A DNA stretch of 64,000 bases, from contig JAHKLZ010000005.1 of assembly GCA_020854775.1 (NCBI GenBank), forward strand, positions 119,736-183,735, given 5' to 3'. The notes under the pieces were generated by a model. That model was not told the origin of the DNA and did no database searches. It saw only the letters and a list, made by a program, of their open reading frames with translations. The translations under genes were made by a program, and so were the position numbers. Position 1 is the stretch's first letter. Each line of letters opens with the position of its first letter. Below are positions 45,986 through 59,591 of this stretch, in pieces. Source of the DNA: Candidatus Woesearchaeota archaeon. GTDB lineage: Archaea > Nanobdellota > Nanobdellia > Woesearchaeales > 21-14-0-10-32-9.

Positions 45986-46344
45986 TTTTTATTATCTATT
46001 CCTGATGCCAATATGTTTCCATGATGCCCTTTTGTTTGTTCTAAAGGAAATCTTTGTTCATATTCATCCATCACTTCTTTCAAAGATTTTTCTAAATTCA
46101 CATCACAAATATAAGCTAGTTTTAGTATTAAATATAACATGTCTGCTAAATCATTTGAAACTTCTTCTTTGTTTTCTTTAATTATTTTTACTTGTGTTTC
46201 TACGTCAACCCATTTTATTTTGTTCCAGAATTCTCCTACTTCTTCAGACATATTTAGTAATAAATCTTTTATTTGTCTTGGATGACTCCACTCTCTGTCA
46301 TCATTAAATTTTTTTATTTGATTTTGCAATTCTAACAGTTCCAT
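45982..46344 (-). CDS. MazG-like nucleoside triphosphate pyrophosphohydrolase
   Basis: EEVGEFWNKIK...DLADMLYLILKLAY... is the EExxE...D MazG helix pair. 120 aa. Confidence 0.7.
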   Translation of the reverse strand: MELLELQNQIKKFNDDREWSHPRQIKDLLLNMSEEVGEFWNKIKWVDVETQVKIIKENKEEVSNDLADMLYLILKLAYICDVNLEKSLKEVMDEYEQRFPLEQTKGHHGNILASGIDNKK

Positions 46345-46354
46345 GACGCACCAC

Positions 46355-47026
46355 TTATTTATTTTTTACTACGAAGAACGCATGATCCATTTCATAAGGA
46401 TCTAATTCTTTGTAATCTACTATTAAAAGAGTTTCTTCTAATTTCTTTCTTACTTCCTTAAATATGTCTTTTGGTTTTCTTGTTACATCTATGCTTCTTG
46501 GTTTTATTGCTAGTAATCCGAATCCTCCTGGTTTAAGAAATTCTTTGCAATTATCTAAAAATATTCCTACTTGGTCTCTTTGAGCAACGTCTTGATAAAC
46601 CACGTCTACTTTTGAAACTTTATCTTTATAATTTTGTGGTTGAGACGCATTTTCTAGTAAAGGTATCATGTTTTTTCTTTCTTCACAAACAAAAACTAAG
46701 TCTCGAACAACTCTTGGTGCGAAGTCTAAACAAAATATGATTCCTTCCTCCCCAACAATGTCTGATATGAATGAAGGTGTATAACCATGACTTGCTCCTA
46801 AGTACAAAATTATTGAGCCTTGTTTTATGCCTGTTTGTGATAATCCCTTTAGCACCGCGGCTCCTAATTTGCTTCTTTCAGGATTTATTTCGCGATATTC
46901 TTCCCCTTTTATTTTAATTGTTTTTTCTGCGAAGAATTTTTTTCCTGGAAGAATACTTTTTGTGTACAACAAAGTTTTTTTTCCTTTTCTTTCTCTATAT
47001 ATTCTTAATTTGTTAATTTCTTCCAT
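46355..47026 (-). CDS. flpA: fibrillarin (rRNA/tRNA 2'-O-methyltransferase FlpA)
   Basis: GSIILYLGASHGYTPSFISDIVGEEGIIFCLDFAPRV...VDVVYQDVAQRDQ...LKPGGFGLLAIKPRSID is a canonical fibrillarin. Confidence 0.9.
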   Translation of the reverse strand: MEEINKLRIYRERKGKKTLLYTKSILPGKKFFAEKTIKIKGEEYREINPERSKLGAAVLKGLSQTGIKQGSIILYLGASHGYTPSFISDIVGEEGIIFCLDFAPRVVRDLVFVCEERKNMIPLLENASQPQNYKDKVSKVDVVYQDVAQRDQVGIFLDNCKEFLKPGGFGLLAIKPRSIDVTRKPKDIFKEVRKKLEETLLIVDYKELDPYEMDHAFFVVKNK

Positions 47027-47032
47027 TTTTCT

Positions 47033-47752
47033 TTATGTTTTATTAAATTTAGTTTTTAATTCTTCTAAGTATTTATGACCTAAGAATTCTCCTTTAAAAA
47101 AATCTAATCTGGCACACATACTTATTTTATCCGCTAATGTGCGGGAAGCTTTTCCTTTTTCTTTAATAGATGCCCCAGTCACAACAGGATGATTTATTAT
47201 GAATCCGTACTTTGGAGGTTTAGCTCCTGTTTTTATATGTCTAAACAATGCTTTTTCAGCTCCTAATAATTGGATCGTTCCACTTTGTAAGCTCGCTAGC
47301 CTCTTTAATGATCCTGCTTCTCTTAATAATTTTGCACCTATTGTTGTTCCTGCTAAACTCAATAAGTTCTTGCAATAATCATTCATTATTTCTTCTAAGT
47401 ATTCTGTTAAGAATTCTTTGGTTTTTGTTGTTGCTTGAGCTAATAATGCTAATGACATTATTGCTTCTTCATCTCTAGGCTCTAGTTTTGTTCCCATCTC
47501 AGTCTTTGAATATTCTTGTTGTAGTATTATATCTACGATTCTTTGATTGTCTTCTACTTTTTTTTCGAGTTCAGGATTTTTAAGCAAGAACCATTCTCTT
47601 AGTCTTCCGACTACTACGTTGAAATACTTATCTAGTTCTTCTATGTTAGAAATAGCATTTATAATCATTAAATCTTTATTAACAGATTCTTTAATTTTTT
47701 GTTTAACTTCTAATAAAGCTTTTTTTCTTATTTCATCAAAATCTTGATTCAT
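47033..47752 (-). CDS. nop5: Nop5 (Nop56/58) C/D-box snoRNP protein, short form: NOSIC plus NOP domains present, N-terminal domain absent
   Basis: DLMIINAISNIEELDKYFNVVVGRLREWF (NOSIC), AGTTIGAKLLREAGSLKRLASLQSGTIQLLGAEKALFRH...GFIINHP (NOP domain). 239 aa against ~400 for typical archaeal Nop5. Directly upstream of fibrillarin. Confidence 0.85.
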   Translation of the reverse strand: MNQDFDEIRKKALLEVKQKIKESVNKDLMIINAISNIEELDKYFNVVVGRLREWFLLKNPELEKKVEDNQRIVDIILQQEYSKTEMGTKLEPRDEEAIMSLALLAQATTKTKEFLTEYLEEIMNDYCKNLLSLAGTTIGAKLLREAGSLKRLASLQSGTIQLLGAEKALFRHIKTGAKPPKYGFIINHPVVTGASIKEKGKASRTLADKISMCARLDFFKGEFLGHKYLEELKTKFNKT

Positions 47753-47809
47753 ACTTATTAGGATATGAAACTAGTTTTTAAAGGTTTTGAAGAAGAAAAA
47801 AAATAAAGA

Positions 47810-48022
47810 TTATTTAGAAAATAATCTTTTATATAAAGGTATAATTAGTATTATTATAAAAATTAAGTACCAATACCAATAAATGCTTAGTGCTAAATTT
47901 CTGAATCCTGGCCAAGCAGTTAATAACATTAATGTGAATAAAAAAACTAATAATTTCATTATTTGAAAATCAAATATTTTCATTTTTTTTAACATTTTAT
48001 TAAACATTTTTGTTAGATTCAT
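47810..48022 (-). CDS. hypothetical small membrane protein (70 aa)
   Basis: Two hydrophobic helices. Lies between the rRNA operon terminator and nop5. Confidence 0.3.
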   Translation of the reverse strand: MNLTKMFNKMLKKMKIFDFQIMKLLVFLFTLMLLTAWPGFRNLALSIYWYWYLIFIIILIIPLYKRLFSK

Positions 48023-48090
48023 ATTGTATCACCTAGACCAGTTATTATTTTCTTAGCTAATAAATGTTTTTATTTATAGAACAAATAATT

Positions 48091-48114
48091 AAAAAAAAAA
48101 AAAAAAAAAAAAAA
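48091..48114 (-). terminator. oligo-T (T24 on the minus strand) transcription terminator immediately downstream of the 23S 3' processing stem
   Basis: Plus strand shows a 24-nt A run, so the minus-strand transcript ends in U24. Archaeal terminators are oligo-U tracts. Confidence 0.55.
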
Positions 48115-48134
48115 GAGAAGCACGTGCATAGTTG

Positions 48135-51075
<2,941 letters not shown>

Positions 51076-51266
51076 TTGGTAGTGTAAGGATAATTTACAT
51101 TAATTTTACACTGTTAGCAAAGACCAGGAATCAACTATGCACGGCTTCATAAAACGTGATTCCAACATTCCTGTTGTTGGAGTTTTCTGCCTCCACTCAC
51201 AAAAAAGCTTGTGAGCAGTTTTTCATCAAATGAATTTGAGTGAATATAATTTTTAAATGATTATAA

Positions 51267-51371
51267 TGGACTCGTCGGGACTTTCAAACATAACGCGAAT
51301 CCACGTCGATTTTTTTGAACCCGAAGCCTCTCGCGTGCAAGGCGAGCGCTCTACCGTTGAGCTACGAGCCC
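51267..51371 (-). tRNA. spacer tRNA-Ala(UGC) carrying a ~33-nt non-canonical intron inside the T-loop
   Basis: Minus strand: GGGCTCG-TA-GCTC-AACGGTA-GAGC-G-CTCGC-CTTGCAC-GCGAG-AGGCT-TCGGG-TTCAAA|AAAATCGACGTGGATTCGCGTTATGTTTGAAAG|T-CCCGA-CGAGTCC-A. Without the insert the T-arm and acceptor close perfectly. The insert is flanked by TTCAAA / TTTGAA complementary arms. Confidence 0.65.
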
Positions 51372-51450
51372 GTGATAATAAAAGGCAAAAAGATTGATAA
51401 GAATAACTTGTTCGGTAGTTAACCGTTTTACTATTATTAATAGTAAAAAA

Positions 51451-52912
<1,462 letters not shown>

Positions 52913-53406
52913 TTCATTTTACATCCTTCGTTTATGTTCCGATCGCTTTAAAACTTTAAAAATTGTTACAAGGTTTACGTTTCTAGGTCGTATATTATTA
53001 CTAAGTTCTCGTTAGTACATCATACGAACTATTTGTTGATTTTCTTATCAATCTTTTTGCGCATACTCGATTCTGCAATCAAGCATGATTTTGAATTTTT
53101 TTTTGTTTATTCTCCTGTCGTAAGCCTCGAGAGGCGACAGTCTCAGAATTTGGTGGTGATACTCTATTTGAGTAAATTGTGGGAAAACGTTTCCATTTAA
53201 AAGGTTTTCGTTCTTTTGTTTTTTGTTTTTTTGGTGCAGAATTTTTTTGTTTTTATATAAATAAATTTTTTTACCAAAAAAAGTTTTCTTCGGTTATTTT
53301 AATGTTTATTCTTTGTTGTTTTATTATTTTTTTGATTGTTTTATTCATTCATTTCAGAATTTTGTTCTTTTATTTAATTTTTGTTAAAAAAAAAGTAAAA
53401 AAAAGG

Positions 53407-53919
53407 TTATTTTTTGCAGTTGCACATTAGTTCTAGGTCTTCTTGCAAGTCTTGTAGTTCTTGTTCGTGTTTTACTTCGTCTTGCATGATTTTTCTAATC
53501 ATGTTGTATGTGATTGCGTCATTCATTCCTTTTAGTTTTTCTAGTATTGTGTTGTAGACTCCGATTGCGCATTGTTCTCCTTTAATGTTTTGTGCTAGTA
53601 TTGTTTTTGTGTCTGGTTTGTTTGGAGTTTCGTATCCGCAGTTGCTGAATTTTCCTAAATCCTCTGGGTTTAGGATTGGTTCTCCTCCTAGTTGGATTAT
53701 TCTTTCTGCTAGCATTTCTGCGTGTTCTAGTTCTTCTTTTGCATGTTCTTTTAGTTCTGTTTCTATTTCTGGCCTCATTGGTCCTTTTATTATGTATGCT
53801 CCTACCCAGTATTGGTATACTGCTAACCATTCGTCTGCTAATGCTTTATTTAGTAAGTCTATTAGTTCTTTTACGTTTCCTTTTATTATATCTATGGCTT
53901 TTGTGCCCATGTTTATCAC
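53407..53919 (-). CDS. ferritin-like / Dps-family protein
   Basis: LNKALADEWLAVYQYW...ELKEHAKEELEHAEMLAERIIQLGGEP...MQDEVKHEQEL is the ferritin-like diiron or Dps helix bundle. Confidence 0.75.
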   Translation of the reverse strand: MINMGTKAIDIIKGNVKELIDLLNKALADEWLAVYQYWVGAYIIKGPMRPEIETELKEHAKEELEHAEMLAERIIQLGGEPILNPEDLGKFSNCGYETPNKPDTKTILAQNIKGEQCAIGVYNTILEKLKGMNDAITYNMIRKIMQDEVKHEQELQDLQEDLELMCNCKK

Positions 53920-54027
53920 CCTTATTTTTTACTAATTAGTTTTATTTTATAAATATTTGGGTGTGTCTTATTTGTTTTTTTTATTGGTTTGATAAATTAT
54001 TTAAATACAGGAAATATTGGTTTTTTT

Positions 54028-54822
54028 ATGAAGAAACCTGTTGTTGCTTTGGCTCTTGGTGCTGGTAGTGCTAGGGGTTTGGCTCATATTGGCGTTGTTA
54101 AAGTTCTTGAGAAAAATAATATTCCCATTGATTTAATTACAGGTACTAGTATGGGTGCTATTATTGGTGCGTTTTATGCTAAGAATAAAGATATTTTGGA
54201 TGTTGAAAGAATTGCTTTATCTATTAATAATAAGAAGTTGTTTAAGTTGTTAGATCCTTCTCTTAGTATGGGTTTTTTTAGAGGTAATAAAGTTATTAAT
54301 TTTTTGAAAGATAATTTGGGCGATGTTGAATTTAAGGATTTGAAGATTCCTTTGGTGGTTGTTGCTACTAATACTCGTAATGGCGAGTCTGTTTATTTTG
54401 ATAGGGGTGATTTGGTTAATGCCATTAGAGGTAGTATTAGTATTCCTTTGCTTTTTTCACCTTATAGTTATAAGGGTTTGTCTTTAATTGATGGTCATTT
54501 GTCTGAGCCTGTTCCTGTTAATGCCGCGCTTAGTAAGAAGCCCGATGTTGTTATTGCTGTTAATCTTGATTCTAAGAAATATTTACGTAATGATATGAGT
54601 CCTTCTTTTGGGGGTATTGCTAAGCGCACTGTTAGGATTTTGTTTTATCATTTGTCTAAGAGTATTTCTGAAAAAGCAGATGTTGTTATTTCTCCTGATA
54701 TTGATATTGATTATTTTGCGAGTTTTTCTGAAGCTAGTCACATTATTAAACAAGGGGAGTTGGCTGCGAAGAAAGCTTTGCCTAGTATTAGGAAGGTTCT
54801 TCGAGAATTTGAAAATCTTTGA
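54028..54822 (+). CDS. patatin-like phospholipase
   Basis: ALGAGSARGLAHIGV (GxGxxG oxyanion motif) and ITGTSMGAIIGA (GxSxG nucleophile), with DGH (catalytic Asp) downstream. The ORF-track start at 53989 is an upstream extension. Confidence 0.85.
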   Translation: MKKPVVALALGAGSARGLAHIGVVKVLEKNNIPIDLITGTSMGAIIGAFYAKNKDILDVERIALSINNKKLFKLLDPSLSMGFFRGNKVINFLKDNLGDVEFKDLKIPLVVVATNTRNGESVYFDRGDLVNAIRGSISIPLLFSPYSYKGLSLIDGHLSEPVPVNAALSKKPDVVIAVNLDSKKYLRNDMSPSFGGIAKRTVRILFYHLSKSISEKADVVISPDIDIDYFASFSEASHIIKQGELAAKKALPSIRKVLREFENL

Positions 54823-54862
54823 TTTCATAAATTTTAAAAAGTTATTTGTTTTTTGTTTTTTT

Positions 54863-55552
54863 ATGAATAAGTTTTCAAAGATTATTGTTCCTTTTTTGTT
54901 TCCTTTTTTGATGTATTCTAAGCCTTTTGTTAATCATGATTATGTTGGTGTTGATTATTCTGGTTTTCCTGTTGAGTTTAGTTATGATTTGAAGACTGGT
55001 ATTTTTGGTGGTCGAATTAATGTTCCTACTGGTACTATGATTAAGACTAGTAATGGTTCTAAGAAGTCTTTGGAGGTTAGTGTTTTGTTTAATAGGGTTA
55101 AGTATGGTTTTGATAAGCCTAATGATTCTACTTATGTTGAGAATTTGAGTTTGCCTGATGAGACTTTTATTTATAAGAAGCGAGATGATTCATGGGTTCT
55201 TGTTGATTATGTTGCTAAAGGTAATAATCGTGATTATAAAAATGATCTTATTGGTCATTCTTTTAGTGGTAATACTTTGGCTGATTTGACTGTTGAGCAG
55301 TTGAATAGTGTTGGTGATACTATTGATTTTTTCTTGTTTGGTGAAAGTTATTTTTTTGTTAGGTCTTCTTTGGATGCTATGGAGATTAAAGGTATTAAGG
55401 TTCAGGATGTTGATGAGGGTATTTTTAGTGATGTTATTAATTTGAATCAGAGTGAAGGTTCTTTGTATCCTGATTTTGAGGTTGGTTTTGATGTTAGGCG
55501 TAGAGGTCCTTTGAATGGTTCTTATAAGATCAGGGGTTTTTTTAATAAGTAG
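54863..55552 (+). CDS. hypothetical secreted protein
   Basis: ATG at 54863 after the patatin stop. N-terminal hydrophobic MNKFSKIIVPFLFPFLMYS. The ORF-track extension from 54608 overlaps patatin and is rejected. Confidence 0.45.
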   Translation: MNKFSKIIVPFLFPFLMYSKPFVNHDYVGVDYSGFPVEFSYDLKTGIFGGRINVPTGTMIKTSNGSKKSLEVSVLFNRVKYGFDKPNDSTYVENLSLPDETFIYKKRDDSWVLVDYVAKGNNRDYKNDLIGHSFSGNTLADLTVEQLNSVGDTIDFFLFGESYFFVRSSLDAMEIKGIKVQDVDEGIFSDVINLNQSEGSLYPDFEVGFDVRRRGPLNGSYKIRGFFNK

Positions 55553-55598
55553 TTTTTTTTAGAAAAGTTTTTTATATGTCTTTGTTATTTGATTTTTT

Positions 55599-56183
55599 AT
55601 GCGTATCGGTGTTGATTTAGATGAGGTTCTTTGTGAGTTTCTTAGTGGTTTGATTGATTTTCATAATTCTGTTTATGGTTCTTCTTTGGTTTTTGATGAT
55701 TTTTTTAGTTATAATTTTTGGGAGGTTTGGGGTGGCGATGTTGAGGAAGCTAAGTTGAAGGTTTTTGCTTTTTATGAGTCTGATTTTTTTAAGAATTTAA
55801 AGCCTGTTAAAGGCGCTGTTGAAGGTGTTAAAGCGCTTGGTGAGATTCATGAACTATTTATTATTACTGCGCGTCAGGAGTTTATTGCTGATAAAACTAA
55901 GGTTTGGCTTGATTTGTTTTTTCCTGGTTTGTTTAAGGGTTTGATTATTGTTAATCATCTTTCTAATAGCGGGGTTTCTCGTAGTAAAGGTGATGTTTGT
56001 GATGAGTTAAATATTAGTGTTATGATTGAGGATTCTTTTGGTTATGCTGTTGATTGTTTAAGAAATGATAGATTAGTTATTTTGTTTAATAAGCCTTGGA
56101 ATGTTAATAAAGGTATTGTTAAAGGAATTGTAAGAGTTAATTCTTGGGAAGATTGCGTTCGTGTTATTAATAGTTTTAAATGA
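55599..56183 (+). CDS. HAD-superfamily 5'(3')-deoxyribonucleotidase-like protein
   Basis: MRIGVDLDEVLCEF is the DxDxV HAD motif I in the NT5C-like context (compare VDMDGVLADF). HAD core follows. Confidence 0.55.
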   Translation: MRIGVDLDEVLCEFLSGLIDFHNSVYGSSLVFDDFFSYNFWEVWGGDVEEAKLKVFAFYESDFFKNLKPVKGAVEGVKALGEIHELFIITARQEFIADKTKVWLDLFFPGLFKGLIIVNHLSNSGVSRSKGDVCDELNISVMIEDSFGYAVDCLRNDRLVILFNKPWNVNKGIVKGIVRVNSWEDCVRVINSFK

Positions 56184-56922
56184 TTTGTTTTTTTAATTCT
56201 TTTAGGTGTTTTTTTAGTTTTTTTATGAATTCTTTTTTTTCTTGCATTGTTATTTCTTTGTTTTGTGCTTTTTGTTCTCTGAATTTGTAAGCATCCATTA
56301 TTATGTGTTCAGGATTTATTTTTTGTGTTTGATTTTTTAAATCAAGCCATTTGTTTTTTGGTTTGATTTTTTTGTGTCTTAATTCGTTGTCTGTTAACCA
56401 GAATACTTGTTTTATTATATCATGGAAGCTCATTTCTTTTTCTTTGTATTTAGGTAAGAATATTTCTTGAAATGCTTTTATCATTTTTTCAAAATCTTGT
56501 TTATTTGTTCTTTTTTTTAATTCTTTGCTGTTTAATTTTTTTCCTATTAATAATTCGTATTCATCGATGTGTTTTGAGAATCTCGTCGTGTTTTTTCCTT
56601 GATGTGTTTTTCCTGTTTTTAGTTCTTCTGTTGAATAAGCAGATAAGGATATTTTGTTTAATTCTTTTTGTTTTAGTTCTTGTTTTATTTTATTTTTTTG
56701 TTCTTCGTAGTTTTTTTCTTTGAATATTAATACGAGGTCTACGTCGCTTCCTTGTATTGTTTCTCTTCTTGGAAATGTTCCTTTTACGTATATTGATAAT
56801 ATTTTTGTTTGTTTTTTTAGAATGTTTTCTGTTTTTTCAAGTTCTTGTATTATTTTCGTTTCGATTTCTGTTTTGTTTTTCCAGTCTTCCCAGAATTTGT
56901 TTATTTTACTTATTTTTTTCAT
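56176..56922 (-). CDS. Pol-beta-superfamily nucleotidyltransferase domain protein with a K/E-rich helical C-terminal half
   Basis: VKGTFPRRETIQGSDVDLVLIF is the hG[GS]-x9-DhDh nucleotidyltransferase motif. 248 aa. Confidence 0.7.
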   Translation of the reverse strand: MKKISKINKFWEDWKNKTEIETKIIQELEKTENILKKQTKILSIYVKGTFPRRETIQGSDVDLVLIFKEKNYEEQKNKIKQELKQKELNKISLSAYSTEELKTGKTHQGKNTTRFSKHIDEYELLIGKKLNSKELKKRTNKQDFEKMIKAFQEIFLPKYKEKEMSFHDIIKQVFWLTDNELRHKKIKPKNKWLDLKNQTQKINPEHIIMDAYKFREQKAQNKEITMQEKKEFIKKLKKHLKELKKQII

Positions 56923-57008
56923 TTATGATTATTAAGAATTCGTTGTTTATAATTGTTTTTAGTTTTTTTATTGAAAAAAGTTATAAAGTTAAAGATTTTT
57001 TAGTTTTT

Positions 57009-57755
57009 ATGCCTTTTGTTGATGTTCACGCTCACCTCGATTTTGAGGATTATGATTCTGAGATAGATGATGTTATGCGTAGATGCGAAGAGACTAGAAC
57101 TGTTGTGGTTGTGAATGGTGTTAATCCTAGTAGTAATCGTAAAGTTTTGAAGTTGGCTGAAAAGTATGATTTGGTTAAACCTGCTCTTGGTTTTTATCCT
57201 ACTCATGTTGTTGAGGAATCTGATGATGTTTTTGATGCTGAGTTTGATTTTATTTCTAAGTCTAAGTGTGTTGCGTTTGGCGAGATTGGTTTAGATTTTA
57301 AGTATACTAAGGATGATGTTGGTATGAAGAAACAAGAGAATGCGTTTTGGCGTTTTATTGAATTGGGAGAGAAGACTAATAAGCCTTTGATTATTCATTC
57401 TCGTAAGGCTGAGCTTAGAGTGATTGAGATGCTTGAGTCTTCTCGTTTGAAGAAACCTGTTATGCATTGTTTTTCTGGTAAGAAAAAATTAGTGGAACGT
57501 TGTGCTGATAATAGTTGGTTTTTTTCTGTTCCTGTTATTGTGAATAAGTTGCAGCAATTTCAAGAAATGGTTAAGTATACTAATATTAATCAGTTGTTGA
57601 CTGAGACTGATAGTCCTTATCTTGGTCCTGTTCCTGGTGAGAAGAATTATCCTTGGAATGTTAATATTGCTATTAAGAAGATTGCAGAAATTAAGGGTTT
57701 TGAGGAGAAGGAAGTTGAGAATAATATTTTTATGAATTATCAAAAATTATTTTAA
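57009..57755 (+). CDS. TatD-family metal-dependent nuclease/hydrolase
   Basis: MPFVDVHAHLDFEDY (HxH), AFGEIGLDF, IIHSRKAE, ETDSPYL are the TatD motifs. The ORF-track start at 56757 is an upstream extension. Confidence 0.85.
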   Translation: MPFVDVHAHLDFEDYDSEIDDVMRRCEETRTVVVVNGVNPSSNRKVLKLAEKYDLVKPALGFYPTHVVEESDDVFDAEFDFISKSKCVAFGEIGLDFKYTKDDVGMKKQENAFWRFIELGEKTNKPLIIHSRKAELRVIEMLESSRLKKPVMHCFSGKKKLVERCADNSWFFSVPVIVNKLQQFQEMVKYTNINQLLTETDSPYLGPVPGEKNYPWNVNIAIKKIAEIKGFEEKEVENNIFMNYQKLF

Positions 57756-57819
57756 TGAGTTGTTACTTTTAAGTAATTAAAAGAGAAAGTTTTTTAAATT
57801 AGTTTGATTTCTTAATTTT

Positions 57820-58512
57820 ATGGTAAAAATACCTAAAATAAAAGGATTGTATCCTGTTGATGAGTTAAATTTATTTTTAGTATTAAATAATTTAAAACCT
57901 TCCACCTTGATTAGTTTAGACCCTATATATATTGATAATCCTCGAGTAAAAAACGATTTTAAAAATGGGCGTGATATTATTAGTGGTTTTGATGATTTTT
58001 ATTTAGCGTTTGATGATGTTCAAGATTTTAGGAAAGCCTTAGTGAAAGAAGGTTTGTTTTTTAATAAAAAAGATGATTCTTTTTTAAGTAGAAAGAATAT
58101 TGAAAATTATTTTGTTAAATGTCAGCTTGAAAATTATTTTGTTGCTTCTAATAAAGAAAATCTTAATGTCTTAGTTGAGAGTTTTAAATCAGGAAATGAT
58201 TATGATATAGGTAAAGCTTTAGGTTATCCCGAGGAAGCTTGTGCTCATTATTCTAATCAACCTAAAGCTTCGACAGGAAGCCATTTTTTTAATGAATTAA
58301 CAATAGGTGTTAATTCAGGCGTTTATATTCCTAGTTGGATAGGTTATATTTCTCACACTCCTTCTAGAATGGATGTTTTGAAAGCTGATTATTCTAAAGA
58401 ATGTGAATTTCAAGGTAAATTATTTGAGCAATTTACTAGAAAATATAATCCTGTTTTGGCAATGAAAGTTGATGGCAAGTTTAATCGTTTATTAGAAGCT
58501 CATAAGAAATAA
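57820..58512 (+). CDS. hypothetical protein (230 aa)
   Basis: Plus-type codon usage. No motif recognised. Confidence 0.45.
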   Translation: MVKIPKIKGLYPVDELNLFLVLNNLKPSTLISLDPIYIDNPRVKNDFKNGRDIISGFDDFYLAFDDVQDFRKALVKEGLFFNKKDDSFLSRKNIENYFVKCQLENYFVASNKENLNVLVESFKSGNDYDIGKALGYPEEACAHYSNQPKASTGSHFFNELTIGVNSGVYIPSWIGYISHTPSRMDVLKADYSKECEFQGKLFEQFTRKYNPVLAMKVDGKFNRLLEAHKK

Positions 58513-58587
58513 TGCGTAAATTCTTAGTTTTATGTTTTTGACTATTTATTTTTTTTTAATCAACCCTCATAATTTATTAAAAAATTA

Positions 58588-59406
58588 TTATTTTATTCTT
58601 TCTATGCTTTTTAGATCTTTTATTCGTTGTTCTGCTCCGATGCTTGTTCTGAATATTTGCCAAAATAATTTTTGTAGCCAATTCACCCATTCTTCATCAG
58701 TTATTTCATAGAATATGAACGTATTTCTTTGTTTGTGTTGTTTGAATCTTGCAAATTTATTGTCCACTATGAATGCTCTTAGTGGTTGTTCTGCGTGTCT
58801 TATTTCTATTAAGTCTGTTTTGTGTTTTTCGTTTAGAGATTGTATTCTGCTTATATTTTCCATCGATTCTAAATCTACATCGCATAATATTTTTATTGGT
58901 GTTTTTCTTATTATTAGTTCTTCTAATAAACTTAATATTGATGTTGTTCCTTGTTTTGTTATTGCCCAAGACAAATTTCCTGAGAATATTAGTACTTGAC
59001 TTTCTGCGCTTCTTAGCGCGTTTGTTAATCCTTGTTTTTCTGTTATTTCCAGTTCTGTTTGTTTTTCTAGAAATGCTCTTCTTTTCTTTTCTGGAACATG
59101 TTGATATATATCAAAAGGGTTAAAATCTTCTTTTTGTCTTGAAGATATTATTTGTGAAAATATTCTTTCTTGATAAGCTGTTGAATGAAAGTTTTCTCCA
59201 GAAACAACGTATACTAATTTTAGTGCTCCTCTTGTTCCTTTTCTAAAAGTGTGTGTCGCTATTGTTCCTTGTTCAGAAGATATTTTTTTTACGTAGTTAT
59301 CTGCTGTTCGCCAATTCTTACTTATTAATTTAGATATTTCTTCTATTGTTCTAGGTCTATTTTTTACGAAGTTTTCTATTTTCTTTGTGATTTTTTGATC
59401 TAACAA
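58588..59406 (-). CDS. putative transcriptional regulator (N-terminal winged-HTH-like, TrmB-like architecture)
   Basis: N-terminus ...RTIEEISKLISKNWRTADNYVKKIS... has wHTH character. C-terminal domain unassigned. Low-confidence family call. Confidence 0.35.
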   Translation of the reverse strand: MLDQKITKKIENFVKNRPRTIEEISKLISKNWRTADNYVKKISSEQGTIATHTFRKGTRGALKLVYVVSGENFHSTAYQERIFSQIISSRQKEDFNPFDIYQHVPEKKRRAFLEKQTELEITEKQGLTNALRSAESQVLIFSGNLSWAITKQGTTSILSLLEELIIRKTPIKILCDVDLESMENISRIQSLNEKHKTDLIEIRHAEQPLRAFIVDNKFARFKQHKQRNTFIFYEITDEEWVNWLQKLFWQIFRTSIGAEQRIKDLKSIERIK

Positions 59407-59591
59407 TAAAACAACCCCCTACAACTATGTGCTTATTTTTTTTACAATAATATCTAAATATAGTACAACTATATTAATATTTCTATGTTGTGGAAAAAAG
59501 ATTTTTGGACGGAGGATGAATACGAAGGACTTGAAGAAGATGAAGAATGATTAATTTCATCTTAGTTCTTAATAGATGTAAGAATCAAGTT

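Noticed and set aside
48091-48114. 24-nt poly-A run, considered as a possible repeat, integration scar or assembly artefact
   Set aside because: Its position immediately after the 23S 3' processing stem on the transcribed strand (as U24) makes an intrinsic archaeal terminator the simplest explanation.
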